32,000 nt of DNA. Origin: Erysipelotrichaceae bacterium MTC7 (lineage in GTDB: Bacteria > Bacillota_I > Bacilli_A > Erysipelotrichales > Erysipelotrichaceae). The stretch spans positions 1 through 32,000 of the forward strand of contig LVZN01000045.1 of NCBI GenBank assembly GCA_001695645.1. The letters run 5' to 3'. Below are positions 24,072-32,000 of the stretch, piece by piece (position 1 is the stretch's first letter; every line of letters starts with the position of its first letter). The position numbers and the translations under genes were made by a program. The notes beneath the pieces were generated by a model. It did no database searches. It worked only from the letters and a program-made list of their open reading frames with translations, and had not been told where the DNA came from.

Positions 24072-25325
24072 ATGAATAAACAACCACTCGCTTTCCGCAT
24101 GCGACCAACAACCTTAGATGAAGTTGTTGGCCAACAACATTTAATTGGAAAGAATCAAATTTTACGTAAAATGGTCGAACAGAAACAACTCTTTTCGATG
24201 ATTTTTTATGGACCTCCAGGAACTGGAAAAACAACATTAGCAAGTGTTCTAGCTAATGAAATGGGTGTTAAGTATCGCAACTTTAATGCGGTAACCGGAA
24301 ACAAAAAAGATTTAACCATCATCTTTGAAGAAGCTAAATTTTTCCCAGGCCTTGTTGTTATTGTTGACGAGGTCCATCGACTCAATAAAGATAAACAAGA
24401 TTTACTATTACCACACATTGAGAATGGAAGTATCATTATGATTGGAGCAACTACTGCTAACCCTTTGTTTTCTATCAATCCTGCCATTCGTTCAAGGACG
24501 CATTTATTTGAAGTGAAATCGCTAAATGAACAGGATATCATAACCGCATTATCGCGTGCTCTTCATTCACCAAAAGGTTTTGATAACCAAGTGACAGCAA
24601 GTGACGATGCGCTTACAAGCATTGCACGATTATCAAATGGTGATATTCGATATGCACTAAACTTATTGGAACTATGTGCAACAGCAACAGATGCAATTGA
24701 TAAAGAAACCGTTGAAACTTACAGTTTTACACCAAATATCGCCAGCGACAGTGATGGTGATTATCATTATGATCTATTAAGTGCATTTCAAAAATCCATA
24801 CGTGGAAGTGATGTTGATGCGGCATTATACTATTTATCAATCCTAATTGAAATTGGTGATTTGGAGTCAATTGAACGCAGATTGCTAGTGACTGCTTATG
24901 AGGATGTTGGCTTTGGTAATCCACAAGCTGTTGCAAGATGCATCAATGCAATTGATGCAGCAAAACGTGTTGGTTTCCCAGAAGGTCGAATTCCTCTAGC
25001 CCATACAATTATTGATCTTTGTTTATCTCCAAAAAGCAAAAGTTCTGAAGCAGCGATCGATGCAGTAAAGCCTTACCTTAAAGATCAAGCATACCCTGTC
25101 CCTGGCTATTTACGCTTAACTCCAGTTGGGATGAAGGATGAAGATACATACGATTACGGTCGCTTAGATTTAGTCGATAAAATTCAATATTTACCAGATG
25201 CACTTAAAAATAAATCGTTTTATACACCAAGTCTTAACTCACAGTATGAACGTGCCCTTGCGGAAAACTGGAAGAAATTGAAACAGACAAAACGCACCAG
25301 CAATCTCGCAAAACTTAAAAAATAG
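24072..25325 (+). CDS. rarA: Replication-associated recombination protein A (MgsA/RarA, AAA+ ATPase)
   Basis: 417 aa. Motifs RMRPTTLDEVVGQQHL, Walker A GPPGTGKTT, Walker B VDEVHR, and the C-terminal MgsA domain (HYDLLSAFQKSIRGSD). Confidence 0.93.
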   Translation: MNKQPLAFRMRPTTLDEVVGQQHLIGKNQILRKMVEQKQLFSMIFYGPPGTGKTTLASVLANEMGVKYRNFNAVTGNKKDLTIIFEEAKFFPGLVVIVDEVHRLNKDKQDLLLPHIENGSIIMIGATTANPLFSINPAIRSRTHLFEVKSLNEQDIITALSRALHSPKGFDNQVTASDDALTSIARLSNGDIRYALNLLELCATATDAIDKETVETYSFTPNIASDSDGDYHYDLLSAFQKSIRGSDVDAALYYLSILIEIGDLESIERRLLVTAYEDVGFGNPQAVARCINAIDAAKRVGFPEGRIPLAHTIIDLCLSPKSKSSEAAIDAVKPYLKDQAYPVPGYLRLTPVGMKDEDTYDYGRLDLVDKIQYLPDALKNKSFYTPSLNSQYERALAENWKKLKQTKRTSNLAKLKK

Positions 25326-25362
25326 AAAACCAGTACACCACATAAACGGGAGTACTGGTTTT
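25326..25362. terminator. Terminator between the convergent rarA and aroD genes
   Basis: aaaaccagtac (25326-36) pairs with gtactggtttt (25352-62), with a 15-nt loop. Confidence 0.65.
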
Positions 25363-25363
25363 A

Positions 25364-26101
25364 TTATTTCATTTGTTGAATAAGATCTTCAATTTCAACT
25401 TGTCCTGGAGCACTTGTCACACCTAATGCCGCATAGGTCAAACAAGAACCTAGTTGCGTTGCATTTACGCGAGTGAATTCACCTAGTTCTCCCATCGAAA
25501 TCGCAATAAACAACTGCCCTGTTTCTTTCATCTCTTGCGATGCTTCTATGATGGTATCAACATCTTTTTGACTTCTGGGCATATTGGCAATTTTGGCAAT
25601 ATCTGCCCCAAGGGTATACATGTGTTTTAAACGCTTTACAATAACTTGTTTTGCCGGCGTTGAATCAAAGTCATGATATGACATGATTATACCAATTCCC
25701 GTCTTTTTTGCTTTTTCGATTAATGGATTGCTAATTGCTGGATCAATGGTCCATTCAATATCGACAATATCAACGAGTTTTCCAAGAATGATCGTTGTGT
25801 ACATTAAACTATAAATACGATTTTCAATGGCTAAATTTCCACCTTGATTTTTGGTGCGAAAAGTAAAAATTAATGGCATATCTTTACGAATCTCGTTAAT
25901 CTTTCTTAATAGTGGGACGAGTTTTGCTTCTTCAAGTACATGTTCGTAAAAATCTACACGCCATTCCATCATGTCTGCTTTACTAGCAACAATCGCTTCC
26001 ACTTTTTTTAGTATTTCGGTTTCGGTTGTTTCAACGATAGGAACGCAGATTTTTGCGTTATGTAAACCTAACGTTGTATGTTTTACGGTTAACGTTTTCA
26101 T
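25364..26101 (-). CDS. aroD: Type I 3-dehydroquinate dehydratase
   Basis: 245 aa. Motifs DMMEWRVDFY, IFTFRTKNQGG, SYHDF, and ADIAKIANMP (Schiff-base lysine region). Confidence 0.92.
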   Translation of the reverse strand: MKTLTVKHTTLGLHNAKICVPIVETTETEILKKVEAIVASKADMMEWRVDFYEHVLEEAKLVPLLRKINEIRKDMPLIFTFRTKNQGGNLAIENRIYSLMYTTIILGKLVDIVDIEWTIDPAISNPLIEKAKKTGIGIIMSYHDFDSTPAKQVIVKRLKHMYTLGADIAKIANMPRSQKDVDTIIEASQEMKETGQLFIAISMGELGEFTRVNATQLGSCLTYAALGVTSAPGQVEIEDLIQQMK

Positions 26102-26134
26102 ATTCTATTCCTTCTATCTCTTAATTACTTATAC

Positions 26135-26163
26135 ACTATAACAAATATTTAAAAGTGTTTCAA
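26135..26163 (-). promoter_or_regulatory. aroD promoter (TTGAAA-17-TATAGT)
   Basis: Reverse complement reads TTGAAA cacttttaaatatttgt TATAGT, about 30 nt upstream of the aroD SD. Confidence 0.55.
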
Positions 26164-26176
26164 CGAATGTAATTGA

Positions 26177-26986
26177 CTAATCTTTTTCAATCGTTGTTCC
26201 CCAACCATCAAAGGTTCCATGATATTTCTTCCCTAAAGAAATTAACTCGTTGGTTGTATGCATAATAAAATCCATCACTGGAATATCTTTCACTGAAACG
26301 AACACTTGAATCCCTTTGCGTTCCACCTCACAAATATCCAACTCGCTAATTTCTGCGAACACTTGGTGGAGTTCTGCAGCAAAGGCGTTTGCTTGTTCTT
26401 TGTCATCAAAATAACTGTAATAGTCAATCTCTCTAGGCTTGCTGAACGTTTCGCCCTGACTTTTTAAATCGCGAATAATCGTATCATTCTTTATCCAATT
26501 GAATCCATAAGCATCTGGATACAATTTGGTTTGGTAAAATTTTCCGTGGTCGTGCAAACGTGTCACAATTTTTGCATCCAATTCCTTATGGTTTTTTAGC
26601 AATTGATTGCACATCGATTCCCAACGAATGATATGTTTGCTCATAAACACGAATTCACGAGTTCCTGCCTCGGTTTTGGTTCCTACAAAATAAAACCCTT
26701 TACGCCCCCACTCATTTTCAATTTGATCTTCCAATACATACAGTTTTTCCAATGCTTCTTTGGTTGGAAACCCTAAGTCATTTTGTTGGTCATAGTGAAT
26801 CATTAAAATATAGGTGTGCTCCAAATCACGAAACAAATACTTAAATGCACCATAATCAAACCGCACGGACGTATTTCCTTTGAAATACACACGCCAATCA
26901 TCGCTTAGTTTATTTACACTTTTCTTTGGTTTTGATGTTAGTATTTTAGGTTTTTTTATATTTGGTTTTCTTACTTGTAGTTTCAT
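26177..26986 (-). CDS. DUF695-like N-terminal domain fused to an RraB-like (regulator of ribonuclease activity B family) C-terminal domain
   Basis: The ATG at 26986 (MKLQVRK) has SD GAGGA 5 nt upstream. The ATG at 26998 overlaps the ispE TAA. The N-terminal part has DWRVYF...VRFDYG...ILMIHYDQQNDLGFPTKEALEKLYVLEDQI. The C-terminal part has GETFSKPREIDYYSYFDDKEQANAFAAEL. Family assignment is from memory. Confidence 0.5.
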   Translation of the reverse strand: MKLQVRKPNIKKPKILTSKPKKSVNKLSDDWRVYFKGNTSVRFDYGAFKYLFRDLEHTYILMIHYDQQNDLGFPTKEALEKLYVLEDQIENEWGRKGFYFVGTKTEAGTREFVFMSKHIIRWESMCNQLLKNHKELDAKIVTRLHDHGKFYQTKLYPDAYGFNWIKNDTIIRDLKSQGETFSKPREIDYYSYFDDKEQANAFAAELHQVFAEISELDICEVERKGIQVFVSVKDIPVMDFIMHTTNELISLGKKYHGTFDGWGTTIEKD

Positions 26987-26997
26987 ATCAATCCTCA

Positions 26998-27831
26998 TTA
27001 TGTATGTAATTCAATCAATTCAACAAAAGCATAGATTCTAGACAGCTCTTCCTTCGCTTTTTCTAGTTGTTTTCTATCTTTACTTAAAGCAAACACTGAA
27101 CTTCCGCTTCCCGACATTAAGACCACCGGAAATTTGTATCTATTTAAAGCCTGCTTTACTTCTAAAATATCTGGATTCAAGCTAAGCGAAGGTTGTTCAA
27201 GTGTATTGTCCAACAGTTCCAAATAGCGATCATCGTTATGTTTTATATAGGTAATAATGGCATCAATATCTGGATGCACAGCTTGTGTAAAATCAATGGC
27301 ACCAAAAGCTTCTTTCGTAGAAACACCGGAAGCTGGTTTTACCACAAGTCCAGAGACATCTAGCGTTGCCTTGATTTGCGTAATTTTTTCACCAATTCCT
27401 TGGACTCTAGCTAGTTCATTTGCCAAGCAAAAAGGCACATCTGCTCCAACTTGAACACCAAGTTCGTACAATTGTTCTTTATCTAAATGTAACTCACATA
27501 ATTCATTAATTGCTACCAGCATCGCTGCTCCATCCGCACTTCCTCCTGCCAACCCTGCTTGCATCGGGATACGTTTTTCAAGATGTACATGAAAATGCTG
27601 TGTAAGCGAAAATGCTTTACGCATGACTTGTAGTGCTTTTATGATGGTATTGCTTTCATCAAATGCTAGATCACAATTGCTCGTAAAACGATCCTGTTTT
27701 GCAAGGCTTACTTCCAAAGTATCATGCAAACTAATTGGAGTCATTATCATATCCATTTCATGATATCCATCTTTACGTTTCTTTATGATGTTGAGTGCAA
27801 GATTTATTTTTGCATTTGCCTTAATTTTCAT
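26998..27831 (-). CDS. ispE: 4-(cytidine 5'-diphospho)-2-C-methyl-D-erythritol kinase
   Basis: The ORF track extends to 27897. The ATG at 27831 gives the canonical N-terminus MKIKANAKINLALNI. GHMP kinase motif PMQAGLAGGSADGAA. Confidence 0.92.
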   Translation of the reverse strand: MKIKANAKINLALNIIKKRKDGYHEMDMIMTPISLHDTLEVSLAKQDRFTSNCDLAFDESNTIIKALQVMRKAFSLTQHFHVHLEKRIPMQAGLAGGSADGAAMLVAINELCELHLDKEQLYELGVQVGADVPFCLANELARVQGIGEKITQIKATLDVSGLVVKPASGVSTKEAFGAIDFTQAVHPDIDAIITYIKHNDDRYLELLDNTLEQPSLSLNPDILEVKQALNRYKFPVVLMSGSGSSVFALSKDRKQLEKAKEELSRIYAFVELIELHT

Positions 27832-28663
27832 GCCAGACCTCATACAGTTTTGCAAACTCTGTAGCTTCCATACTCTCTGCACGGCGTTTACTATCAATAC
27901 CTGCTTGTGCTAGTAATGCCTTTGCCTTCTCTTTATCTTGTACATACTCTCCTAGATTGTTGAGTATGGTTTTACGACGTTGTTTAAAACACGCTTTTAC
28001 AAGTGCAAAAAATGCTTCTTCGTTATCCACCAAATGACTTGGTCGATATGTAAATTGAACCACCGCACTATCAACATTAGGCTTTGGATTGAAAACATGT
28101 TTACTGATTTTCAAAACGGTTTGAATGTCATAGTTGTATTGGCTAACAATACTTAACGCATTGTAGTCTTTGGTGTTTACTTTCGCAGAAAAACGATCTG
28201 CAACTTCTTTTTGCATCATAACCGTAATTTTTTGGATTTTCACGTCACTTTCGAAGAGTTTAAATAAAATTGGTGTCGTGATGTAGTATGGTAAATTTGC
28301 TGCAACTACAACTTCACTTTCGTTTTTCAAAATCTCGCGTAAGTCTGCTTGTAAGAAATCTTGGTGAATCACTTCCACATTGTCGTATGGGGATAACGTA
28401 TCATCTAAGACAGGAAGCAAACGGTCATCAATTTCAAACGCGATAACCTTTTTCGCATGGATGGCTAAAAACTGTGTCAAAGCTCCAATACCTGGACCAA
28501 TTTCCAATGCGGTTGAGTTTGGTGACAACAATGATTCCATTGCGATTTTTTCAACAATTTGGGGTTCCACTAAAAAGTTTTGCCCGTAATTTTTCTTTGC
28601 GTACATCTTGTGTTTTTCCAAGATTTCCTTTGTATATGAAGGTGTTGCTATGATTCTATTCAT
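27821..28663 (-). CDS. rsmA: 16S rRNA (adenine1518-N6/adenine1519-N6)-dimethyltransferase RsmA/KsgA
   Basis: 280 aa. Motifs KKNYGQNFL, EIGPGIGALT, and ANLPYYITTPI. Confidence 0.95.
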   Translation of the reverse strand: MNRIIATPSYTKEILEKHKMYAKKNYGQNFLVEPQIVEKIAMESLLSPNSTALEIGPGIGALTQFLAIHAKKVIAFEIDDRLLPVLDDTLSPYDNVEVIHQDFLQADLREILKNESEVVVAANLPYYITTPILFKLFESDVKIQKITVMMQKEVADRFSAKVNTKDYNALSIVSQYNYDIQTVLKISKHVFNPKPNVDSAVVQFTYRPSHLVDNEEAFFALVKACFKQRRKTILNNLGEYVQDKEKAKALLAQAGIDSKRRAESMEATEFAKLYEVWHEN

Positions 28664-29195
28664 CCTGATCCTCTACTATCTTCTTTATTTGATCATATGA
28701 CAAGTCTGCCATATTTAAACGTTTATACAATGTCTTACCATTACAAGTTCCAATATGAAATGCATCTGCGACTTTTTGGCGACGTTTGGCACTGTCACTT
28801 CTTCCTTGTAATCCAAGCGCAAGAAAGTCGTCCATGGATAAACTTTCATGACTTTTCCCAAAGGTTACATAGTCTGCAAGTGCTGCTTTCAAATCCGCTT
28901 CACTTGCATGTTCAATGCCTACTTTTTTTGTGGTACGACTTTTGCTTTTATCAATGAATGCATTCTTTAAATTGGGAATTGCTTCATTGATTGTGCGACG
29001 TATGCGTTCTCCAACATGATCGGGATCTAGAAAGAGAATGACCCCACGACTTTTTTCAGCTTGCTCGATGCGTTTTAAAGTCGCTTTTGAAAGATTGTAA
29101 CCATTGGTTTCAATGGTATCCACATCAAAATACTGCTTTAACTTTGCACTGTCGTGTTTCCCTTCCACAACGATAATTTCTTGCATTTTTAACAT
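28656..29195 (-). CDS. rnmV: Ribonuclease M5 (Toprim domain, 5S rRNA maturation)
   Basis: 179 aa. Motifs IIVVEGKHD, ILFLDPDHVGERIR. No SD. The ATG lies 6 nt after an extended -10 element. Confidence 0.9.
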   Translation of the reverse strand: MLKMQEIIVVEGKHDSAKLKQYFDVDTIETNGYNLSKATLKRIEQAEKSRGVILFLDPDHVGERIRRTINEAIPNLKNAFIDKSKSRTTKKVGIEHASEADLKAALADYVTFGKSHESLSMDDFLALGLQGRSDSAKRRQKVADAFHIGTCNGKTLYKRLNMADLSYDQIKKIVEDQDE

Positions 29196-29201
29196 AATAT
29201 G

Positions 29202-29210
29202 ATTATAGCA
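29202..29210 (-). promoter_or_regulatory. Extended -10 promoter element TGcTATAAT directly in front of rnmV
   Basis: Reverse complement of 29193-29210 is TGCTATAAT CATATT ATG. Confidence 0.5.
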
Positions 29211-29213
29211 TAG

Positions 29214-29250
29214 AAAAAAAGGAAGAATTATGTGTTTCTGTTCTTCCTTT
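29214..29250 (-). terminator. Rho-independent terminator after the lipoprotein gene
   Basis: Stem (aaa)ggaagaa 29218-27 / ttcttcc(ttt) 29241-50. On the minus strand a T-run follows (plus-strand A7, 14 to 20 within 292xx). Confidence 0.75.
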
Positions 29251-29665
29251 ACTTTGTTGTGTGTGTTTCTAAGAAAGTTAGGAGTTCTTGCTGAATGTCA
29301 TCGACATAATAGTAAGAATCACCAATTTTTGCGTGGATAGCTTGTTTCCAAACATCAATGCTCCGATAGATGACTCCCCCTTTATAAACCGTAATATGAT
29401 AATTACTCGTTGATAAGGTTAATCGATATCCATCTGGGTTGTTTTCTTCGTGATATTGATCACTGTCATAAGGACACCCATCCAAAAGCGCAAGGAGTTC
29501 TTTAGTTTGTTTCTCCTGTAATGTATATTTTTGGCCATCATAAGCAACCTCCACCGTCGCTGAAAGTTGTTTTTTATTATCGCTTGTTGCTTTGGTTGTC
29601 TTACTTGCACTACCACAACCAAAAAGCATGACAGCTATGATGAACATTACGACGACACGCTTCAT
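29249..29665 (-). CDS. Lipoprotein of unknown function
   Basis: The ORF track starts at a TTG (29677). The ATG at 29665 has SD GGAGGA 4-5 nt upstream. Signal peptide with lipobox MKRVVVMFIIAVMLFGC|GS. Confidence 0.7.
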   Translation of the reverse strand: MKRVVVMFIIAVMLFGCGSASKTTKATSDNKKQLSATVEVAYDGQKYTLQEKQTKELLALLDGCPYDSDQYHEENNPDGYRLTLSTSNYHITVYKGGVIYRSIDVWKQAIHAKIGDSYYYVDDIQQELLTFLETHTTK

Positions 29666-29680
29666 ACTCTCCTCCAACGA

Positions 29681-31114
29681 TTATGCTTTGTCTAAATAGA
29701 AATAGAAGGTCGTTCCCTTGTTGATTTCACTCTCAACTCCATACTCGACGCGATGAAGTTCTAGAATTCCTTTCACAATGTTTAAACCAAGACCAGTTCC
29801 AATATCTTGCCGCTTCCATTTCTTTGGTTGTTTAAAATAACGGTCCCAGATATATGGTATTTGACTCTTCTTAATTCCTTTACCCGTATCTGTGATTTCA
29901 ATTCGAACTCGATGTCCTTCATCAATTTGATTCACAAATACTTTTTTATCACTTCCTGTAAAGTGAATAGCATTACCAACTATATTATACACTACTTGAT
30001 TAATTCTTTCCTTATCTGCATAGACAAAAATTTCATGTCCATAGTTGAATTCGATAGTATACCCATCATTTGCAAGCATCTTATTGATGCGATTGACAAT
30101 GTCTTGAATACTTGTCGTTACATCAAATTCTTTAATATGTAGTTCCTGTGTATTGTTTTGTAGTTTTGAAAGATCGAGAAGATTATTCACTAATTGCGTT
30201 AACCGCTGTGCTTCATCAATAATTACCTGAATGTTTTCTTTGGTGTTTTCTCCAGGTAAATCACGCATAACTTCACCGTATCCTGTAATCATAGTAAGTG
30301 GTGTACGCAAGTCATGAGACACGTTTGCCATCAACTCATTACGCATCGACTCCACTTTTTTTAGTTCCTGTACAGCATAGTTTAACGTTTCATTCAACTC
30401 TTCAATTTCACTATACCCTTCTGCATCAAAGTGAATATCAAGATCGTTTTGTGCGAGTTGTTTTGCCTTTTCATTGGTTTGTTGAATCGGCTTGGCAATG
30501 GTTTTTGCTGTTAAATATGCAATAATAACTGACATTCCCAGCACAATTCCAGTAATCAACAACAACTGTCGCTTACTTGTCTCCACCGTTTCTGCCGTTG
30601 GTGACAATCGTGCATTGACCACCACCATGTAGGTATTTCCTTTTTTACTTTCAATCACGTTACTTACCATCATATTGGTAAACGTATCAATTCGCTGCCC
30701 TGCTAGTTCAAGTTGCACATCCTTTACTTCCACAAGTTCATTTTTGTTTTCGATAACTTGATTATATAGGGTATTGATTTCCATTTTGGAAGTCAAAGCA
30801 TATGCTCCACAAGTGGCATTTGCACTTTCATGTACGTCCACGGTTTGAAAATTTCCTACATCATCTAACTTTTCATAGACTTGTATACAGTAGTTTTCAT
30901 TCACTGATAAATCTTGCACATACTGGCCAAATTCATCCACATCATCAATTCGTTTGACCATTCGTGAAGCGGAACGAGTAATTTGTTGACTGGTGAATCT
31001 TTGATAGAATTCTTCAAAGAAGACAATTTGCATCATCCAAAGCAATGCAATAATCGCAACTGCGAAAATGAGGATGAACGCCATTATTTGGTTTTGTAGC
31101 TTAATTCTCTTCAA
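29681..31114 (-). CDS. Sensor histidine kinase (two TM segments flanking an extracellular domain, HAMP-like linker, HisKA, HATPase_c)
   Basis: 477 aa. H-box MANVSHDLRTPLT, N-box VVYNIVGNAIHF, G-boxes DTGKGI and GTGLGLNIV. Confidence 0.9.
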   Translation of the reverse strand: MKRIKLQNQIMAFILIFAVAIIALLWMMQIVFFEEFYQRFTSQQITRSASRMVKRIDDVDEFGQYVQDLSVNENYCIQVYEKLDDVGNFQTVDVHESANATCGAYALTSKMEINTLYNQVIENKNELVEVKDVQLELAGQRIDTFTNMMVSNVIESKKGNTYMVVVNARLSPTAETVETSKRQLLLITGIVLGMSVIIAYLTAKTIAKPIQQTNEKAKQLAQNDLDIHFDAEGYSEIEELNETLNYAVQELKKVESMRNELMANVSHDLRTPLTMITGYGEVMRDLPGENTKENIQVIIDEAQRLTQLVNNLLDLSKLQNNTQELHIKEFDVTTSIQDIVNRINKMLANDGYTIEFNYGHEIFVYADKERINQVVYNIVGNAIHFTGSDKKVFVNQIDEGHRVRIEITDTGKGIKKSQIPYIWDRYFKQPKKWKRQDIGTGLGLNIVKGILELHRVEYGVESEINKGTTFYFYLDKA

Positions 31115-31772
31115 AACGATATCCTACGCCACGAATGGTCACGATATTATTACTGTATTGTCCTAGTTTTTTACGCAACAGTTTAATGTGTGTGTCTAAT
31201 GTGCGGTCATCACCAAAGAAATCGTAACCCCAGACTTTGGAAATGATTTGTTCGCGGGTTAAGGCGATATCCTTATTTTCCACTAGATACAACAACAAAT
31301 CGTATTCTTTTGGTGAAAGGTTTAATGCTTCTCCATCAATTTTTACCAAGTGAGAGGTATGATTGATCTCTAACGTTTTGAAGTTGTACATATCGACCAT
31401 TTGATTTTTTTCATATCGCTTAAGAATAGCAGCAATACGCATCATCAACTCTTTAGGCGAAAAAGGTTTCACTACATAGTCATCAACACCAATTTCAAAC
31501 CCATGAATCCGGTCATACTCTTCCCCTCTTGCACTTAGCATGAGAATTGGAACACTTGAAAACTTACGGATTTCTCGACACGCGCTAAATCCATCAAGCT
31601 CTGGCATCATGGCATCCATAATGATTAAATCGATACTTGGATTGAGTTTCACCATATCAATGGCTTGTAAACCATCCTCTGCTTCTAAGACCTCATAACC
31701 TTCAAACTTTGCATATTTTTTTACAATCTCTCTTATATTTGCTTCATCATCAACGATCAATAGTTTTTTCAT
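31101..31772 (-). CDS. OmpR/PhoB-family response regulator
   Basis: The ATG at 31772 gives MKKLLIVDDE, and the ORF-track extension to 31805 runs into the promoter/terminator region. Receiver Asp in LIIMDAMMPELDG. The winged-helix C-terminus is TIRGVGYRF. Confidence 0.92.
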   Translation of the reverse strand: MKKLLIVDDEANIREIVKKYAKFEGYEVLEAEDGLQAIDMVKLNPSIDLIIMDAMMPELDGFSACREIRKFSSVPILMLSARGEEYDRIHGFEIGVDDYVVKPFSPKELMMRIAAILKRYEKNQMVDMYNFKTLEINHTSHLVKIDGEALNLSPKEYDLLLYLVENKDIALTREQIISKVWGYDFFGDDRTLDTHIKLLRKKLGQYSNNIVTIRGVGYRFEEN

Positions 31773-31803
31773 AGTTCGCACGCTCCTAAAGTTATTATAA
31801 TAC

Positions 31804-31830
31804 AAAAGTCCATAAAACCTATGGACTTTC
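31804..31830 (-). terminator. Rho-independent terminator after phoU
   Basis: Stem aaagtccata (31805-14) / tatggacttt (31820-29), loop aaacc. The minus-strand tail is UUUUGUAUU. Confidence 0.7.
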
Positions 31831-31858
31831 CTTGATATATGACTGAAGTTTAGGTGAA

Positions 31859-32000
31859 CTAATCCTCTTTATCGAAATCGTATTGGATTCCTTTACATAA
31901 ATAAACGATATGTTCACAAATATTTACGGCGTGGTCACTACTACGACCGATTGTCCGATATAAGGACGATAAGTTGAATGCATCTTCCAAATCGGCAACA
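31859..32000 (-). CDS. phoU: PhoU-family phosphate signalling protein, C-terminal 46 aa (the rest lies off the right edge)
   Basis: My own translation of the minus strand gives VADLEDAFNLSSLYRTIGRSSDHAVNICEHIVYLCKGIQYDFDKED*. The R(I/T)GDHA-NI-E-I-Y pattern is the PhoU repeat motif. The ORF is too short to appear in the supplied ORF track. Confidence 0.7.
   Translation of the reverse strand, partial: VADLEDAFNLSSLYRTIGRSSDHAVNICEHIVYLCKGIQYDFDKED

Overview
AT-rich chromosomal segment (about 35-40% GC, estimated by eye) from a low-GC Gram-positive bacterium (Bacillota). I cannot place it more precisely without a database search. All calls come from reading the sequence and ORF translations. 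No searches or folding programs were run.

Layout:
- Left edge: the 3' part of an IS1182-family transposase gene. It is followed by an unusually long (~700 bp) non-coding stretch built from phased ~120-bp degenerate modules.
- 1.9-9 kb: housekeeping genes. These are a DUF815 AAA ATPase, ilvA, mnmG, a membrane-anchored coiled-coil protein, a small ACT-like protein and ychF.
- 9.2-14.4 kb: a tightly coupled minus-strand operon. It reads pheA (chorismate mutase/prephenate dehydratase), aminotransferase, membrane M34-like metallopeptidase, dtd, folD, DUF951, lipoprotein.
- 14.7-21.2 kb: a divergent plus-strand operon, aroB-aroC-aroE/aroK fusion-aroF-aroA-tyrA. With aroD at 25.4-26.1 kb, every step from DAHP to Phe and Tyr is encoded in this window.
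- 21.2-32 kb: DUF4256; hsp20 behind a CIRCE operator; a Gfo/Idh/MocA oxidoreductase; a yybP-ykoY (Mn2+) riboswitch with mntP; rarA; aroD. Then a minus-strand run of phoU (partial), OmpR-type response regulator, histidine kinase, lipoprotein, rnmV, rsmA/ksgA, ispE and a DUF695/RraB-like protein.

Most interesting candidate: the aro operon control region (14487-14663). A promoter is followed after exactly 6 nt by an SD-less 12-codon ORF, MKLTSTFYFYFR, with five alternating Phe/Tyr codons. Next come a long hairpin and an intrinsic terminator. Ten nucleotides spanning the terminator loop and the inner base pairs of its 3' arm are complementary to codons 3-6 of the mini-ORF. This looks like leaderless, ribosome-mediated Phe/Tyr attenuation, which would be unusual for Firmicutes.

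Secondary candidates:
- A triple 9-mer operator-like motif between the divergent aromatic promoters.
- A tandem array of CCTA-N9-TAGG site, strong promoter and short hairpin-RNA modules next to the IS.
- A second apparently leaderless gene (rnmV).
- A membrane-anchored anthrax-LF/PPEP-like (M34) peptidase embedded in a housekeeping operon.
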